Shown: positions 8,433-18,214, counted from the stretch's first letter. The stretch: DNA of 64,000 nucleotides from Candidatus Binatia bacterium (GCA_036506735.1 DASXRG010000136.1:17654-81653); one strand, 5' to 3'. Numbers and translations: made by a program. Notes: generated by a model from the letters alone, not told the origin.

Positions 8433-9575
8433 ATGCTTGATTCTGCGAGGCGAAATCGTCGCACGGCGTGGAGAGCTGCGACTCTTGTCCTGCTGCTTTT
8501 AGGTTTTGTCGATAGCGGCTCGGCGCAGACAGACTGGAAAGCGGAATGGAACAAGACGCTGGCTGCGGCTAAAAAAGAAGGACGCCTTAATCTCTATGTC
8601 GGCCGGTATGGTCAGGCCCCGCTGCTCGCCGAGTTCGCCAAAGAGTTTCCAGAAATCAAACTGGTCACGGTCAATGGAACGGGAAACCAATTAGGGACAA
8701 GAATCTTGGCCGAGGTCAGGTCAAGCAAAGTCATAGCGGATCTCTATAGCGGCGGCGCCAACTCGAGTCATACCCTGCTCTATCGGGGCAAAGTTCTCGA
8801 CGCCTTTCCGACCACGCTGATTCTTCCCGAGGTCGTCGATGAATCCAAGTGGTATTCGGGTAAGCACGTTTACACGGACGTGGAGGGGAAGTATATTTTC
8901 GTTTACATAGCCAATCCGGGCGGCGGGAGCATCTCCTACAACACCGATCTTGTGAATCCTAAGGAGTTCAGGTCGTACTGGGATCTTCTCCAGCTCAAAT
9001 GGAAAGGGAAGATCGGTTCCCAGCCGCTCACGGAAACCGGCCTGGGCGCGACGCTTCAGTTTTTCTTTTATCACCCGGAGATCGGCCCGGAATGGATCAG
9101 GCGAATTTACGGGACGATGCACGTCACGTTCGGCGATCGGCGTCTCATCGTGGATTGGCTGGCTAAAGGAAAACTCGCCCTTTGCGTAGGGTGCAGAGAG
9201 GTGGAGCGCGCTAAAGCGCAAGGACTTCCGGTAGCTCGATTCGATGACGGCACGTGGAAAGAAGGACAGGGTCTAAGCACCGGCGGCGGCTCGATGAGCC
9301 TTATCAAGGGCGCCCCTCATCCAAATGCGGCGAAGGTCTTTATCAACTGGTTTCTCTCCCGCCAGGGACAGATCGCGCTGCAAAGCTCCAACGACCTCTA
9401 TGGCGAGCCCCCGCCCAACTCCCGCAGGATCGATATCCCAAAAGATATGCTCGCGCCGGACGATAGGCTGGTAGAGGGGAGGAAATATGTAGATGTCTCC
9501 CGCAGCGAATATGCCGACATGACGCCGATCTTTAAACTGGCGAAGGATATCATGAAAACCATCGAACAGAAGTAG
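8433..9575 (+). CDS. Periplasmic ABC-transporter SBP, Fe3+/thiamine-type, paralog 4
   Basis: Signal peptide ...TLVLLLLGFVDSGSAQT. KEFPEIKLVTVNGTGNQLGTRILAEVRSSKVIADLYSGG and APHPNAAKVFINWFLSRQGQ motifs. Confidence 0.8.
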   Translation: MLDSARRNRRTAWRAATLVLLLLGFVDSGSAQTDWKAEWNKTLAAAKKEGRLNLYVGRYGQAPLLAEFAKEFPEIKLVTVNGTGNQLGTRILAEVRSSKVIADLYSGGANSSHTLLYRGKVLDAFPTTLILPEVVDESKWYSGKHVYTDVEGKYIFVYIANPGGGSISYNTDLVNPKEFRSYWDLLQLKWKGKIGSQPLTETGLGATLQFFFYHPEIGPEWIRRIYGTMHVTFGDRRLIVDWLAKGKLALCVGCREVERAKAQGLPVARFDDGTWKEGQGLSTGGGSMSLIKGAPHPNAAKVFINWFLSRQGQIALQSSNDLYGEPPPNSRRIDIPKDMLAPDDRLVEGRKYVDVSRSEYADMTPIFKLAKDIMKTIEQK

Positions 9576-9586
9576 CGAGGGACTCG

Positions 9587-10753
9587 GTGAGTAGCGCGTT
9601 GCGAATGTTCGGTATCCTTGGATTTTTCATCTTGGGATTTTTCTTCCATTCGTTGCCGCTCTCAGCCGCGGAAACCAAGCCCGCCTGGCAGGCCGAATGG
9701 GAGAAAGCCGTGCGAGCGGCCGAGCAGGAGGGCCAAGTCGTCGTTTACATCGCCGGCTATGAGGCGGTGATCGCCGCGGGAATTTTTCAGAAGGCATATC
9801 CAAAAATCCGCGTCGTGACCGTGAGCGGATCCGGCACGCAGCTCGCGCCGCGCATCGCCTCGGAGAGAAGAGCGGGCAAGTACCTGGCCGACGTTTACAA
9901 CGGCGGCGGCAACTCGCTGCACCAGATTCTCTATCTCGGCAAGATGCTCGATCCGATCAAGCGCGCGCTGATCCTCCCCGAAGTTCTGGACGAGTCGAAA
10001 TGGTGGGAAGGAAAACACAAGTATGTCGATCCCGAGAGCATGTATGTCTTCGTCTACGAGGGCAACGTCTCGAGCGGCGGCGGCCTGAGCTACAACACCA
10101 AGCTCCTTAACGCGAAGGACTACAGGTCCTTCTGGGATTTCCTCGATCCCAAATTGAAGGGAAAGATCGTCGCCGCAGACCTGAGACAAGTGAGAGGCGC
10201 GGGACTATCGTGGCAGTATCTCTACTACCACCCGCAGCTCGGGCCGGCCTACATCAAGCGCCTTTACGGCGAAATGGACGTGACCATGTCGGCGGATTTG
10301 CGCCAAGCGGTAGACTGGATGGCGATGGGGAAAGTGGTTCTCTGCATTCCTTGTCAAGGCTCGGGCGTAGCGCGGGCGCGAAATCAGGGACTTCCCGTCG
10401 ATCAGTTCGAGCCGTTTCATTTCAAGGAAGGAGTGTCGATCTCTTCGGCCTTCGGCCAACTGGCGTTGCTGAACCGAGCGCCGCATCCGAACGCGGCCAA
10501 GGTATTCATCAATTGGCTCCTCTCGCGCGACGGCCAGAGCGCGTTTCAGAAAATCATGAGCGAGCCCGGCGACCCGCGCGACTCGCGCCGGGTCGACGTG
10601 CCCAAGGACCACATCCCGCCCGGCGAGCGGCGGAGAGACGGGATGCGCTACTTCGACACCGACGATCCCGAGACCAAGGACATAACACCCATCACAAAGC
10701 TTCTCGACGAGCTCCTGGCCAAGAAAAAGCCAGCAGACGGCAGCGCGCCTTAA
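9587..10753 (+). CDS. Periplasmic ABC-transporter SBP, Fe3+/thiamine-type, paralog 5
   Basis: GTG start with GAGGG RBS. Hydrophobic leader ILGFFILGFFFHSLPLSAAE. APRIASERRAGKYLADVYNGG and APHPNAAKVFINWLLSRDGQ motifs. Confidence 0.8.
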   Translation: MSSALRMFGILGFFILGFFFHSLPLSAAETKPAWQAEWEKAVRAAEQEGQVVVYIAGYEAVIAAGIFQKAYPKIRVVTVSGSGTQLAPRIASERRAGKYLADVYNGGGNSLHQILYLGKMLDPIKRALILPEVLDESKWWEGKHKYVDPESMYVFVYEGNVSSGGGLSYNTKLLNAKDYRSFWDFLDPKLKGKIVAADLRQVRGAGLSWQYLYYHPQLGPAYIKRLYGEMDVTMSADLRQAVDWMAMGKVVLCIPCQGSGVARARNQGLPVDQFEPFHFKEGVSISSAFGQLALLNRAPHPNAAKVFINWLLSRDGQSAFQKIMSEPGDPRDSRRVDVPKDHIPPGERRRDGMRYFDTDDPETKDITPITKLLDELLAKKKPADGSAP

Positions 10754-10981
10754 GGGCGCTACGGCCGAGCATCGTCACGTACGTTTTGTACCAAATTCTC
10801 CCCTGCCTGAACATTTTTGTGTTTAGTCCAACCCCCTGATTTACAGCGGGATTGACGGAAAAAATTTCCTACCGGCAAATTTTTCCTAAAGCCCCGGCAT
10901 TTGTTGCCGATGCCAATGCAGTGGCCAGGAAAGCACCCGTCCCAAGGCCTTCCAATTTAATCATTCGATATAAGGAACCCT

Positions 10982-13114
10982 GTGAAGACCAAACTCGATC
11001 TTCCTTCGAACTTGTTTAGCTATAAACCGACCCAACTCGCCAGCGGCATGCTGGACCGGGTGCGCAAGAAAGGCGTCGGCGCGATCGCGCCCGAGAAGGG
11101 CCTTTCACAAAAAGGCCTTTCTCAAGCCGTCGCCCAAAGCGCTCTAAAGATCCAGCAGCAACTCAGCGTCAAGGCGAACACCGACAACCGCGTCCAGTCG
11201 CGCGTCGAGAGCCAAACGGCGCGGTCGGCGGTGCAGGACGGCCAAACCGTCAAGGTCTTAACCAAGCAGGCGATTCAAGGGGAAACCAATCAGCAGCAGC
11301 GGTCGGAAGTCTCGCAGCGCTCCCAGCAGGTGGTCCAGGGCCAAACCAACGGCAAGCCGGTCTACAAAAATGTGGAGCGGGAGGTTTTTCAGATCAACGT
11401 CGGAAACAGGGAAGCGGAGTTCAAGGAAGTGCGCGTCAACCACGACAGCTCGACGCGGAACGTCGTGCAGAAGGCCAACGCCACGCGCGTGAGCCTCAGC
11501 ACTGACAGTTCCAGCACCCGAAACCGTAGCGATACGGTCGCCGCTCAGAACCGAACCGAGACCGAGACCTACGTCAGAACCTACGACTCTTTGGGCAATT
11601 TGGTGAGCGAGAAGGCGAGCCGGCAAGCCGTTACGACGACGCAGCAGCAGCAATCGGCCGTGAAGGCGCAGGCGGAGGCGAGCCGGCAAGTCGCGCAGCA
11701 GACCACCGTCGAGGCGAGCCAGGAAGGTAAGAAATCCGTCCGCGCGGGCACGACCGAAACGACCGACACTTCCAAGGGTCATCAACAAATCGAAACTCAA
11801 ATCCAATCGAAGACCGCCACGTTGGTGGAAAACCTCGGCGCCGACGGAGAGGTTCTTTCCGCCAAGGCCAGCGCGCAGCAGGTGACGACGACCGAGGCGA
11901 GAACGATCGACACGAGCCGCGCGAGCCACACCGAGCAAACCAACCTGACGCGCACCGGCCCGGATCAATTGGAAACCACAAGCCATACCCAATACGATAC
12001 CAGAGCCAGGACCGTGGATCAGATCAAAACCGAAGGCGACACGCAGCAATTCGACGACAAGGGCGCGCTGGTGCGCGAGCAGGCCTTCGAGCGACAGGTC
12101 ACCACGACCAGCACCGAGAACCGAAACGGCGAATCGCAGACGCGCGCGGCGACCAGCAAAGAAAAGAACGGCGACACCGTGGCGGAAACCGACATTACGT
12201 CAAGCGAATCGGTCGCCGCCGCAACGAGAGTCGTGTCCGAACAGGGCGGCGCGAAAACCGAAAGGGTGATCGAGAGCCAACTCCACACCGAACTGCGCGC
12301 CGACTTGGCGAACCGAATGGAGGCCGACGGGCAGAGGACGATCTCGTTCGACACGCAGCAGACCCGCACGGCACAAACCGCCGATCTGACCGCGGGCACG
12401 AATGGCCAGGGCCGCCTCGTCGAGAGCGAAACGAAGATCGCCCAACTAGCCCGCGGCCAAATCGAATATTCGCCCGAGACGCAGCAAGTCGGCGTCCACG
12501 CCGGAGCGGGCGCGATCATCGTCGACATTAGAAGCGCCGCCGGACTGCGCGCCAGCTTTAAACTCGATGAAGGACAGCTTGAATTCGACTTTTCGGCCGA
12601 GACTGCGACGGTCTCTCATCAGGAAGTCACGACCGGGAAAGTGATCCAGGGAAACGACGGCGCATCGACCGTGACGGGCTCATCCACCGACTCGCAGCGT
12701 GCTTCTGTCGAGACCGTTCACTTTCACGGCCACGTCAACGCGTCCGTCGATGCCGCAGGCAACCGGGTGTTGGAGCTCGACGGAGAACTCACTCAGGATT
12801 CAGCCGCCGTTCTCGTAGCCAACCAGCAGCAGGGAATCCAGGCCGAGCGAAGCTACACAGAGCTGGATGTCTTCGGGCGGCTGGCGGTCAATCGCCAGGT
12901 CTCCACGAACGGTTCCGCAACCGAGTTTCAGACTCAGGCTGAAGCCGAGCTGACAGTGGCTCGCGTCGAGAAGCGCGAAGACGCCGCGGTCGGCATGGCG
13001 AGCCTCAGTCGCTTGACCACGGCCGATGCCGTGCGCGCGGGTTTCCAAGCCTATCGCAGCACGATTCAACTTCACGTCGGCGGCTTCGATCTCGGCATCA
13101 GCTTCGTAGCTTAG
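10982..13114 (+). CDS. Gln/Thr/Ser-rich low-complexity protein (710 aa), unknown function, likely largely disordered
   Basis: No Cys and few hydrophobic residues. Internal ~70-90-aa repeats with motif G.LVSEKAS.Q.VTTT (three times). C-terminal ~170 aa less biased (…IQLHVGGFDLGISFVA). AAGGA RBS, GTG start. Preceded by a 228-bp lower-GC leader. Confidence 0.6.
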   Translation: MKTKLDLPSNLFSYKPTQLASGMLDRVRKKGVGAIAPEKGLSQKGLSQAVAQSALKIQQQLSVKANTDNRVQSRVESQTARSAVQDGQTVKVLTKQAIQGETNQQQRSEVSQRSQQVVQGQTNGKPVYKNVEREVFQINVGNREAEFKEVRVNHDSSTRNVVQKANATRVSLSTDSSSTRNRSDTVAAQNRTETETYVRTYDSLGNLVSEKASRQAVTTTQQQQSAVKAQAEASRQVAQQTTVEASQEGKKSVRAGTTETTDTSKGHQQIETQIQSKTATLVENLGADGEVLSAKASAQQVTTTEARTIDTSRASHTEQTNLTRTGPDQLETTSHTQYDTRARTVDQIKTEGDTQQFDDKGALVREQAFERQVTTTSTENRNGESQTRAATSKEKNGDTVAETDITSSESVAAATRVVSEQGGAKTERVIESQLHTELRADLANRMEADGQRTISFDTQQTRTAQTADLTAGTNGQGRLVESETKIAQLARGQIEYSPETQQVGVHAGAGAIIVDIRSAAGLRASFKLDEGQLEFDFSAETATVSHQEVTTGKVIQGNDGASTVTGSSTDSQRASVETVHFHGHVNASVDAAGNRVLELDGELTQDSAAVLVANQQQGIQAERSYTELDVFGRLAVNRQVSTNGSATEFQTQAEAELTVARVEKREDAAVGMASLSRLTTADAVRAGFQAYRSTIQLHVGGFDLGISFVA

Positions 13115-13119
13115 GAGTC

Positions 13120-14031
13120 ATGAGCCAGCTCCATATCGATGAACGACAGTCCGCGCGCCACGCGGACCTCTCCGACCATCATCACGAGGCGAACCGGCTC
13201 GCGCGGGAAGGGCGTCTCGCCCAGGCGGTGGCCCAGTGGGAGCTGTCGTTGAACGACGCGCCGCAATGCGCCGCCACCCATTACAATTTGGGGCTCGCCT
13301 ACTATCGCCAGGGAAATTTCGCCAAAGCCGCGAGCCATTGGCAAAAAGCCGCCGATGTCGATCCGCGCCATCCCGAGGCCCCTTATGCGTTGGGCCTCGC
13401 CTACTCCGAGCAAGGGCTGGTCGATCAGGCGAGAGACACTTTCGAGAGATTTCTGCAAACCAACCCGCGCCACCCCGCGACCTTGAATAATTTGGGACTC
13501 CTGCAGGCGCAAAAGCAACGCTTCGAAGAGGCGGCCGATTATTTCCGCCGGGCGATAGAAGCCAACCCCGGCTATGCCAACGCTCACTACAATCTCGGGA
13601 CCGTGTGGTATGAACAGGGAAAATATCCGGAGGCGATCGAAGCATTAAAGAAAGTTCTCGATCTCGAGCCGGGCTACGCCATGGCGCACCATAATCTCGG
13701 CCTCTGTCACGATCGTCTGGGAAATTTTGACGATGCGGAAAGATCGTTCCATCAAGCGCAGGCCTTGGATCCCGATTTCCCGCCGGCCTATTACAATCTC
13801 GGTCTCGTCTACTATCATTGGCAGCGATATGACGAAGCGATCGCGAGCTACCGCCAGGCCAAGGCTCGCGGGTTCGACAACTCGCTGCTCCGCTATGAGT
13901 TAGGCCTCGCTTATTCGGCTCTCGGCAGGAAATACGAGACGCTGAAGGTGTGGCAATCGATCGTCGCGGACGACCCGCACGGGCCACTGACCCCGGAAGT
14001 CAAGCTGCGGATCGCCGACCTCTTCACATAA
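13120..14031 (+). CDS. Tetratricopeptide-repeat (TPR) protein
   Basis: At least seven canonical TPR units (HYNLGLAYYRQGNFAKA...; AHYNLGTVWYEQGKYPEAIEALKKVLDLEP...). Start 6 nt after the Q/T-rich gene stop, with AGGAG RBS, indicating an operon. Confidence 0.8.
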   Translation: MSQLHIDERQSARHADLSDHHHEANRLAREGRLAQAVAQWELSLNDAPQCAATHYNLGLAYYRQGNFAKAASHWQKAADVDPRHPEAPYALGLAYSEQGLVDQARDTFERFLQTNPRHPATLNNLGLLQAQKQRFEEAADYFRRAIEANPGYANAHYNLGTVWYEQGKYPEAIEALKKVLDLEPGYAMAHHNLGLCHDRLGNFDDAERSFHQAQALDPDFPPAYYNLGLVYYHWQRYDEAIASYRQAKARGFDNSLLRYELGLAYSALGRKYETLKVWQSIVADDPHGPLTPEVKLRIADLFT

Positions 14032-14033
14032 TC

Positions 14034-15011
14034 TCACTGGTCACGCAAAACTTTTTCCAACGGCCCGTTTTCCCGGAACGGCTCCGGCCATCCCAGATAT
14101 TCTTTGAACTCGGGACGTTTTCCGATCAAGTCTTTCACCACGTTGTCGATCCCCTTGTCCGGCACCCGAGGCGCCCGCTTGAAAAGCGGCGCGTACACGG
14201 CCACCGACCGTTTGACGATCCCGAGATCTTTTTCCCGCAGCCATTTGGCAAACGACTTTTCCGCCAACGCGCGATCCTTTCGGATCAAATGAATCGCCGC
14301 GACGTAGGCCCGGAGAAAGTCCTCGGTGAGCTTCGGCTCCGCTTTGATAAACGCGCGGCTGCTGGTCACGCAGGATGAAGGATAAATCAAATCCGTTTTG
14401 CTGAGATCGACGAGCACCGGCCAGCCGCGATCCAAAAAAGATATCGCGTAGCGGGTCGTCAGGGCGGCTGCGGCGATGCGCCCCGCTTCCAACGCCGCGA
14501 CCATTTCCGGCCCGGCGCCCAACTGCAGGACCGTCACGTCCCGCTCGGGATCGAGGCCGGCGTGCTTCAGCGCCGCGCGGAGATAGAAATGCGTGCTCGA
14601 ACCGTAGCGCGTCACGCCGCTCGCCAGGCCCTTGAGCTCCGCCGGCGACTTGATTTCGGGACGCGCGATCAGGTAGACGGGGTCGGTGTCGATGGGACAG
14701 GCGAGCAAAACCACGTCGCCTCCCGCCACCCGCGCCGCCACCACCGATTCCGCGCCGACGCCGGAAAACGGCAGATCGCCGGTGATGATGACCAGCGCAA
14801 TCAATGAGCCGCCGCGAATCTGCACCGGCTCGACTTCCAAGCCATGCCGGGCAAAAAGGCCGGCGTCTTTCGCCACCCAGACGGGAAGATGCGCGGGCGA
14901 GGCGGTCGTTCCGTAGTAGATGCGTCTCAGCTCCTGCGCCGGGGTTGGCCGGCCAACCAGGAGCAACGCCGCGCAGATGGCGAGCTGAATTTTAAATTTG
15001 AAGCCGGTCAT
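14034..15011 (-). CDS. NMT1/SsuA-like periplasmic SBP (nitrate/sulfonate/bicarbonate family), orphan
   Basis: Signal peptide MTGFKFKIQLAICAALLLVGRPTPAQ. SsuA-like core (GGSLIALVIITGDLPFSG..., VVLLACPIDTDPVYLIARPEIKSPAELKG). Confidence 0.75.
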   Translation of the reverse strand: MTGFKFKIQLAICAALLLVGRPTPAQELRRIYYGTTASPAHLPVWVAKDAGLFARHGLEVEPVQIRGGSLIALVIITGDLPFSGVGAESVVAARVAGGDVVLLACPIDTDPVYLIARPEIKSPAELKGLASGVTRYGSSTHFYLRAALKHAGLDPERDVTVLQLGAGPEMVAALEAGRIAAAALTTRYAISFLDRGWPVLVDLSKTDLIYPSSCVTSSRAFIKAEPKLTEDFLRAYVAAIHLIRKDRALAEKSFAKWLREKDLGIVKRSVAVYAPLFKRAPRVPDKGIDNVVKDLIGKRPEFKEYLGWPEPFRENGPLEKVLRDQ

Positions 15012-15159
15012 CGCGACTCGACCCGGCCGGGCTGTGACGGGCGACAGACCTCAGCCGCAGTCTTGATAATCGCTTATATTCCGCGGAACGTTCGCCCGTC
15101 AACGGGAGAAATGTTGGGGCTTTGGAGCGAATGGGCCTGTTCACGAAGGAATGCGACGG

Positions 15160-15603
15160 CTACTTTCCCCGCACCGTCAGCACCGGGCAGAAAGCCTGCG
15201 AGACGACCCGGCTGGCAACGCTGCCCATGAGCAACTTTGAAATGCCGGTGCGGCCGTGCGTGCCGATCACGATCATGTCGGCGCGGCGATTTTTCGCGGC
15301 GCGAACGATTTGATCGTGCGCCACGCCTTTGAGCAGCAGGTTCGTCACCTTGATTTTCGTCCGCTTGAGTTTGTTCGCCAGCGTCGCGAGCGAAGACTGC
15401 GCTTGCTGCCGGGCGGTTTTTTCCAACTCGACATAGAGAAGCGGATCCGCCTCGGGCTCCGGCGGATACATCACGTGCGGGACCAGAACGTGGACCAGCA
15501 GCAGCTCGGCTTTGAATTGTTTGGCAAAATCCACGGCTGTTTCCAGCGCCCGGCTCGAGGCCTTGGAAAAATCGGTCGCATGGAGAATCCGACGCAGTTT
15601 CAT
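15160..15603 (-). CDS. Universal stress protein (UspA family)
   Basis: MKLRRILHATDFSKASSRALETAVDFAKQFKAELLLVHV...IVIGTHGRTGISKLLMGSVASRVV is the UspA ATP-binding motif (G-x2-G-x9-G(S/T)). Confidence 0.75.
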   Translation of the reverse strand: MKLRRILHATDFSKASSRALETAVDFAKQFKAELLLVHVLVPHVMYPPEPEADPLLYVELEKTARQQAQSSLATLANKLKRTKIKVTNLLLKGVAHDQIVRAAKNRRADMIVIGTHGRTGISKLLMGSVASRVVSQAFCPVLTVRGK

Positions 15604-15662
15604 AACACCCTCCCCTGCCCTCACCGCTTATCCAGAGTTATGACGCGCCGCCGCAAAAGCAC

Positions 15663-16067
15663 TTACAATGAAGTGCGATGCCGATGATAAGTGTGGTCGG
15701 GGTGATCGTCCGGATGCCGTTCTACGTCCGGATGACGCTCTACGGGATAAGCTTCTCTTTCTCCTCCAAGTCGCGCATTCTCGATCTCCAGTTCGTGGAC
15801 CCGCTGTTCGAGCTCAGCCACCGTGCGCCGGCTATTTCTCACCGCCCGATCTCTGCCGTAAATGGTCATCCTTGCCGAAACGGACTGAGCCACGTAAAGA
15901 ATCCACGCGATGAGGAGCCCGGCGAGGAGCGAGCCGACTACGACTAAATACAGCGGGACTTCCTCCAGGGCGTACTCCGCGAGCCGGATCGTCACGGGAA
16001 CCGTATTTTGAGTTGCAAAGTAACCGATGCCCAATCCAAAAACCACCGCAATAAGTAAAGGTAACAT
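15663..16067 (-). CDS. LapA-like (DUF1049) small inner-membrane protein
   Basis: Two N-terminal TM helices, then a coiled segment (ELEQRVHELEIENARL) and a His/Asp-rich tail. Architecture typical of the lipopolysaccharide assembly protein A family. Confidence 0.5.
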   Translation of the reverse strand: MLPLLIAVVFGLGIGYFATQNTVPVTIRLAEYALEEVPLYLVVVGSLLAGLLIAWILYVAQSVSARMTIYGRDRAVRNSRRTVAELEQRVHELEIENARLGGEREAYPVERHPDVERHPDDHPDHTYHRHRTSL

Positions 16068-16197
16068 AGTTCGCTCCTTCCTATAGACACACGCTTCTAA
16101 AAAATTTTACCGGCGTTGGAAAAACAAGTCGATCCGGGTGAATACCTTATGCGTATAAACTCTGCCGCCGGGTGTCAGGTAAGGACTAGGGCGGCCG

Positions 16198-17190
16198 TCA
16201 CTCGACCTTGTAGCCCAGCTCCTTGGCGATTTCGATCGCGAATCTGGGCTCGGCGACGTCTTGAAACGATACGGTCTTGGCGGAGGGTTTGAGCTGCGAC
16301 TGGACCATTTTGATGATGTTGTTCATGCCTTCTTCCGTCGGAATGCCGGTGTCATTGAAGTTGCTTTGCACCAGGCTATAGGTTTCCGCGGCGGTTTCCC
16401 GATCCATATTGAGGACGCGCACGATCAGATCGATAGTTTTTTCTTTCGCCTTGAGCATCTCTCTTTTGGCGAGCTGCAGCGCGCGAATCAGTCTCTTGAC
16501 CTCGTCGGGACGGTTTTTGATCGTTCGAAGCATCGCGGTCAGTCCGCCCGACGGCATCTCGACCAGCGCGCCGACGTCGAGCAGTTTACGAAAACCCTGC
16601 CGCTGGGCGAAAAACATATAAGGAGGATTCAGGGACGCGGCGTCGAGAAACTTCGATTCCAACGAGGAGACGAGCTGCATCGGCGGCACGGACATGATGA
16701 TGAAATCTTTGGCGTTGAATCCCTGCTTCTCCAGCGCGAACGTCAACGCGACGTGGCTGGTGCCGCCGAGACCGCTTACGCCGATGCGCTTTTGTTTGAG
16801 ATCGTGAACGGTTTTAAATTCCGGCCGCGCCATCAGCCAATAGGCGATCCGGTTGGTCGACGACCACACGGCGCGGGAGTCGAGGCCGCTCAGGCTCGCC
16901 CCGACCGTCGCCGGCCCGATGCCCGATTGGTAGTCGAGATCTCCCGAGACCAGCGCGGCGGCCGCGGCCGACGAGCGCATGAGGATGATCTCGACTTCGA
17001 GCCCCTGGCCGGCGAAAAATTTCCAGTCGCGCGCCGCGATCAGCGGCAGCGCGGTGAAGCTGAAGTTGGCATTGGAGATTCTAATCCTGCGCCGCTCTTG
17101 CGAGCCGGCGCTCGCAGCGTGGAGCAAAAAGAAAACCAGCAGGCACGCGGCGGACAACCGGCGGAGCGAGCTTTCGAGTCGCATCGTCAA
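16198..17190 (-). CDS. NMT1/SsuA-like periplasmic SBP, orphan
   Basis: Signal peptide LLVFFLLHAASAGSQ. SsuA-like motifs (VSGDLDYQSGIG; KQKRIGVSGLGGTSHVAL). 4-nt overlap with the upstream SBP gene. Confidence 0.75.
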   Translation of the reverse strand: MTMRLESSLRRLSAACLLVFFLLHAASAGSQERRRIRISNANFSFTALPLIAARDWKFFAGQGLEVEIILMRSSAAAAALVSGDLDYQSGIGPATVGASLSGLDSRAVWSSTNRIAYWLMARPEFKTVHDLKQKRIGVSGLGGTSHVALTFALEKQGFNAKDFIIMSVPPMQLVSSLESKFLDAASLNPPYMFFAQRQGFRKLLDVGALVEMPSGGLTAMLRTIKNRPDEVKRLIRALQLAKREMLKAKEKTIDLIVRVLNMDRETAAETYSLVQSNFNDTGIPTEEGMNNIIKMVQSQLKPSAKTVSFQDVAEPRFAIEIAKELGYKVE

Positions 17191-18185
17191 CGGCCCTGAC
17201 CCGGGAAAACCGCGCTGTCGCGGACCTTGTTGAGCAGGCTCATGTCTTCGAGGTCGTCCGGCGTAAACGTCTTGGCGATTTTCAAGGTCTCGCGATAAAT
17301 TTCGATCTCCGTCTCCACCGCCTTGCGCGGCTTCGTGCCGTCTTTGCTGTAACTCGGCAGCATCGCGGTAAACGATTTTTCCGCCAGCACCGGATCGATT
17401 TTGTGAAAAGCCGCGATGTACTGAATCATTTCGTTCCGGTTCGCCGGATTGTGCAAGTAGGCCATGGTTTTGAGTAAGCCGGCGATCAGCGTCTGTGCTT
17501 TAGTGGAATTTTTCGCCAGCGTGACCGTTGAAGTCACGAGACCGATGAAGCTCAAAGGCGCGTATGCCTTGGCTTCGGCGAGATGGCTGTATCCTTTCGC
17601 TTCGAGCTCTTGCGCGAACGGCGGCGCCAGCATCGTCGCCGCGACCTTGCCGGTCGTCAAAGACTTGTAAGCGGTCTCGGTCACGCCAGTGGAGAGCAAA
17701 GTGACGCGCGCGGGATCGACGCCGTTCGCTTTTAAAATTATTTTCGCCGCCATGCCGGTGGCGTCGGTGATCGCGTTCACGCTGACGACCTTGCCGGCCA
17801 GCTCTTGAACGCTCTTCAGCTCCGGCTGGCCGACGAGCACGTGCGCCGGCTCGTGCTGCACATAAAAAATGCGCCGCAGCGGATGGCCCTGCATGATGGC
17901 GGAAGTCGCCGCTCCCAGCGTCGTGGAAAAATCCAGCTCGCCGGCGACGAGAGCGACGATGGCGGTCGGCGGCGCCATTGCGACGAACTGTATTTCGATC
18001 GCTTCCCGGGGAAAGAAACCCTTATCCTTGCCGAAGTAGTAAGGCATCAGCGCAAGGCTCTTCGAAGGAATGTGGATCGTGACCTTGGCCGGCTGCGATG
18101 CGGGTTGGCTGAGCGATGGCCAAAGAACCGACACGACGGCGAAAACGACGACCGACAGCAGCCATCGACGCGCAGCACTCTTCAC
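17187..18185 (-). CDS. NMT1/SsuA-like periplasmic SBP, orphan
   Basis: Signal peptide MKSAARRWLLSVVVFAVVSVLWPSLSQPASQ. SsuA-like core (VAGELDFSTTLGAATS; LAGKVVSVNAITDATGMAAKI). Confidence 0.75.
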   Translation of the reverse strand: MKSAARRWLLSVVVFAVVSVLWPSLSQPASQPAKVTIHIPSKSLALMPYYFGKDKGFFPREAIEIQFVAMAPPTAIVALVAGELDFSTTLGAATSAIMQGHPLRRIFYVQHEPAHVLVGQPELKSVQELAGKVVSVNAITDATGMAAKIILKANGVDPARVTLLSTGVTETAYKSLTTGKVAATMLAPPFAQELEAKGYSHLAEAKAYAPLSFIGLVTSTVTLAKNSTKAQTLIAGLLKTMAYLHNPANRNEMIQYIAAFHKIDPVLAEKSFTAMLPSYSKDGTKPRKAVETEIEIYRETLKIAKTFTPDDLEDMSLLNKVRDSAVFPGQGR

Positions 18186-18214
18186 GAGACTCCCATTAGA
18201 ATTGATTGACCGTG

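Noticed and set aside
11258-12049. 263-aa minus-strand ORF (and others) inside the Q/T-rich gene
   Set aside because: Antisense to the compositionally biased gene. The plus frame carries the RBS, the operon partner (TPR) and the internal repeat structure, so the minus ORFs are most likely mirror artefacts.
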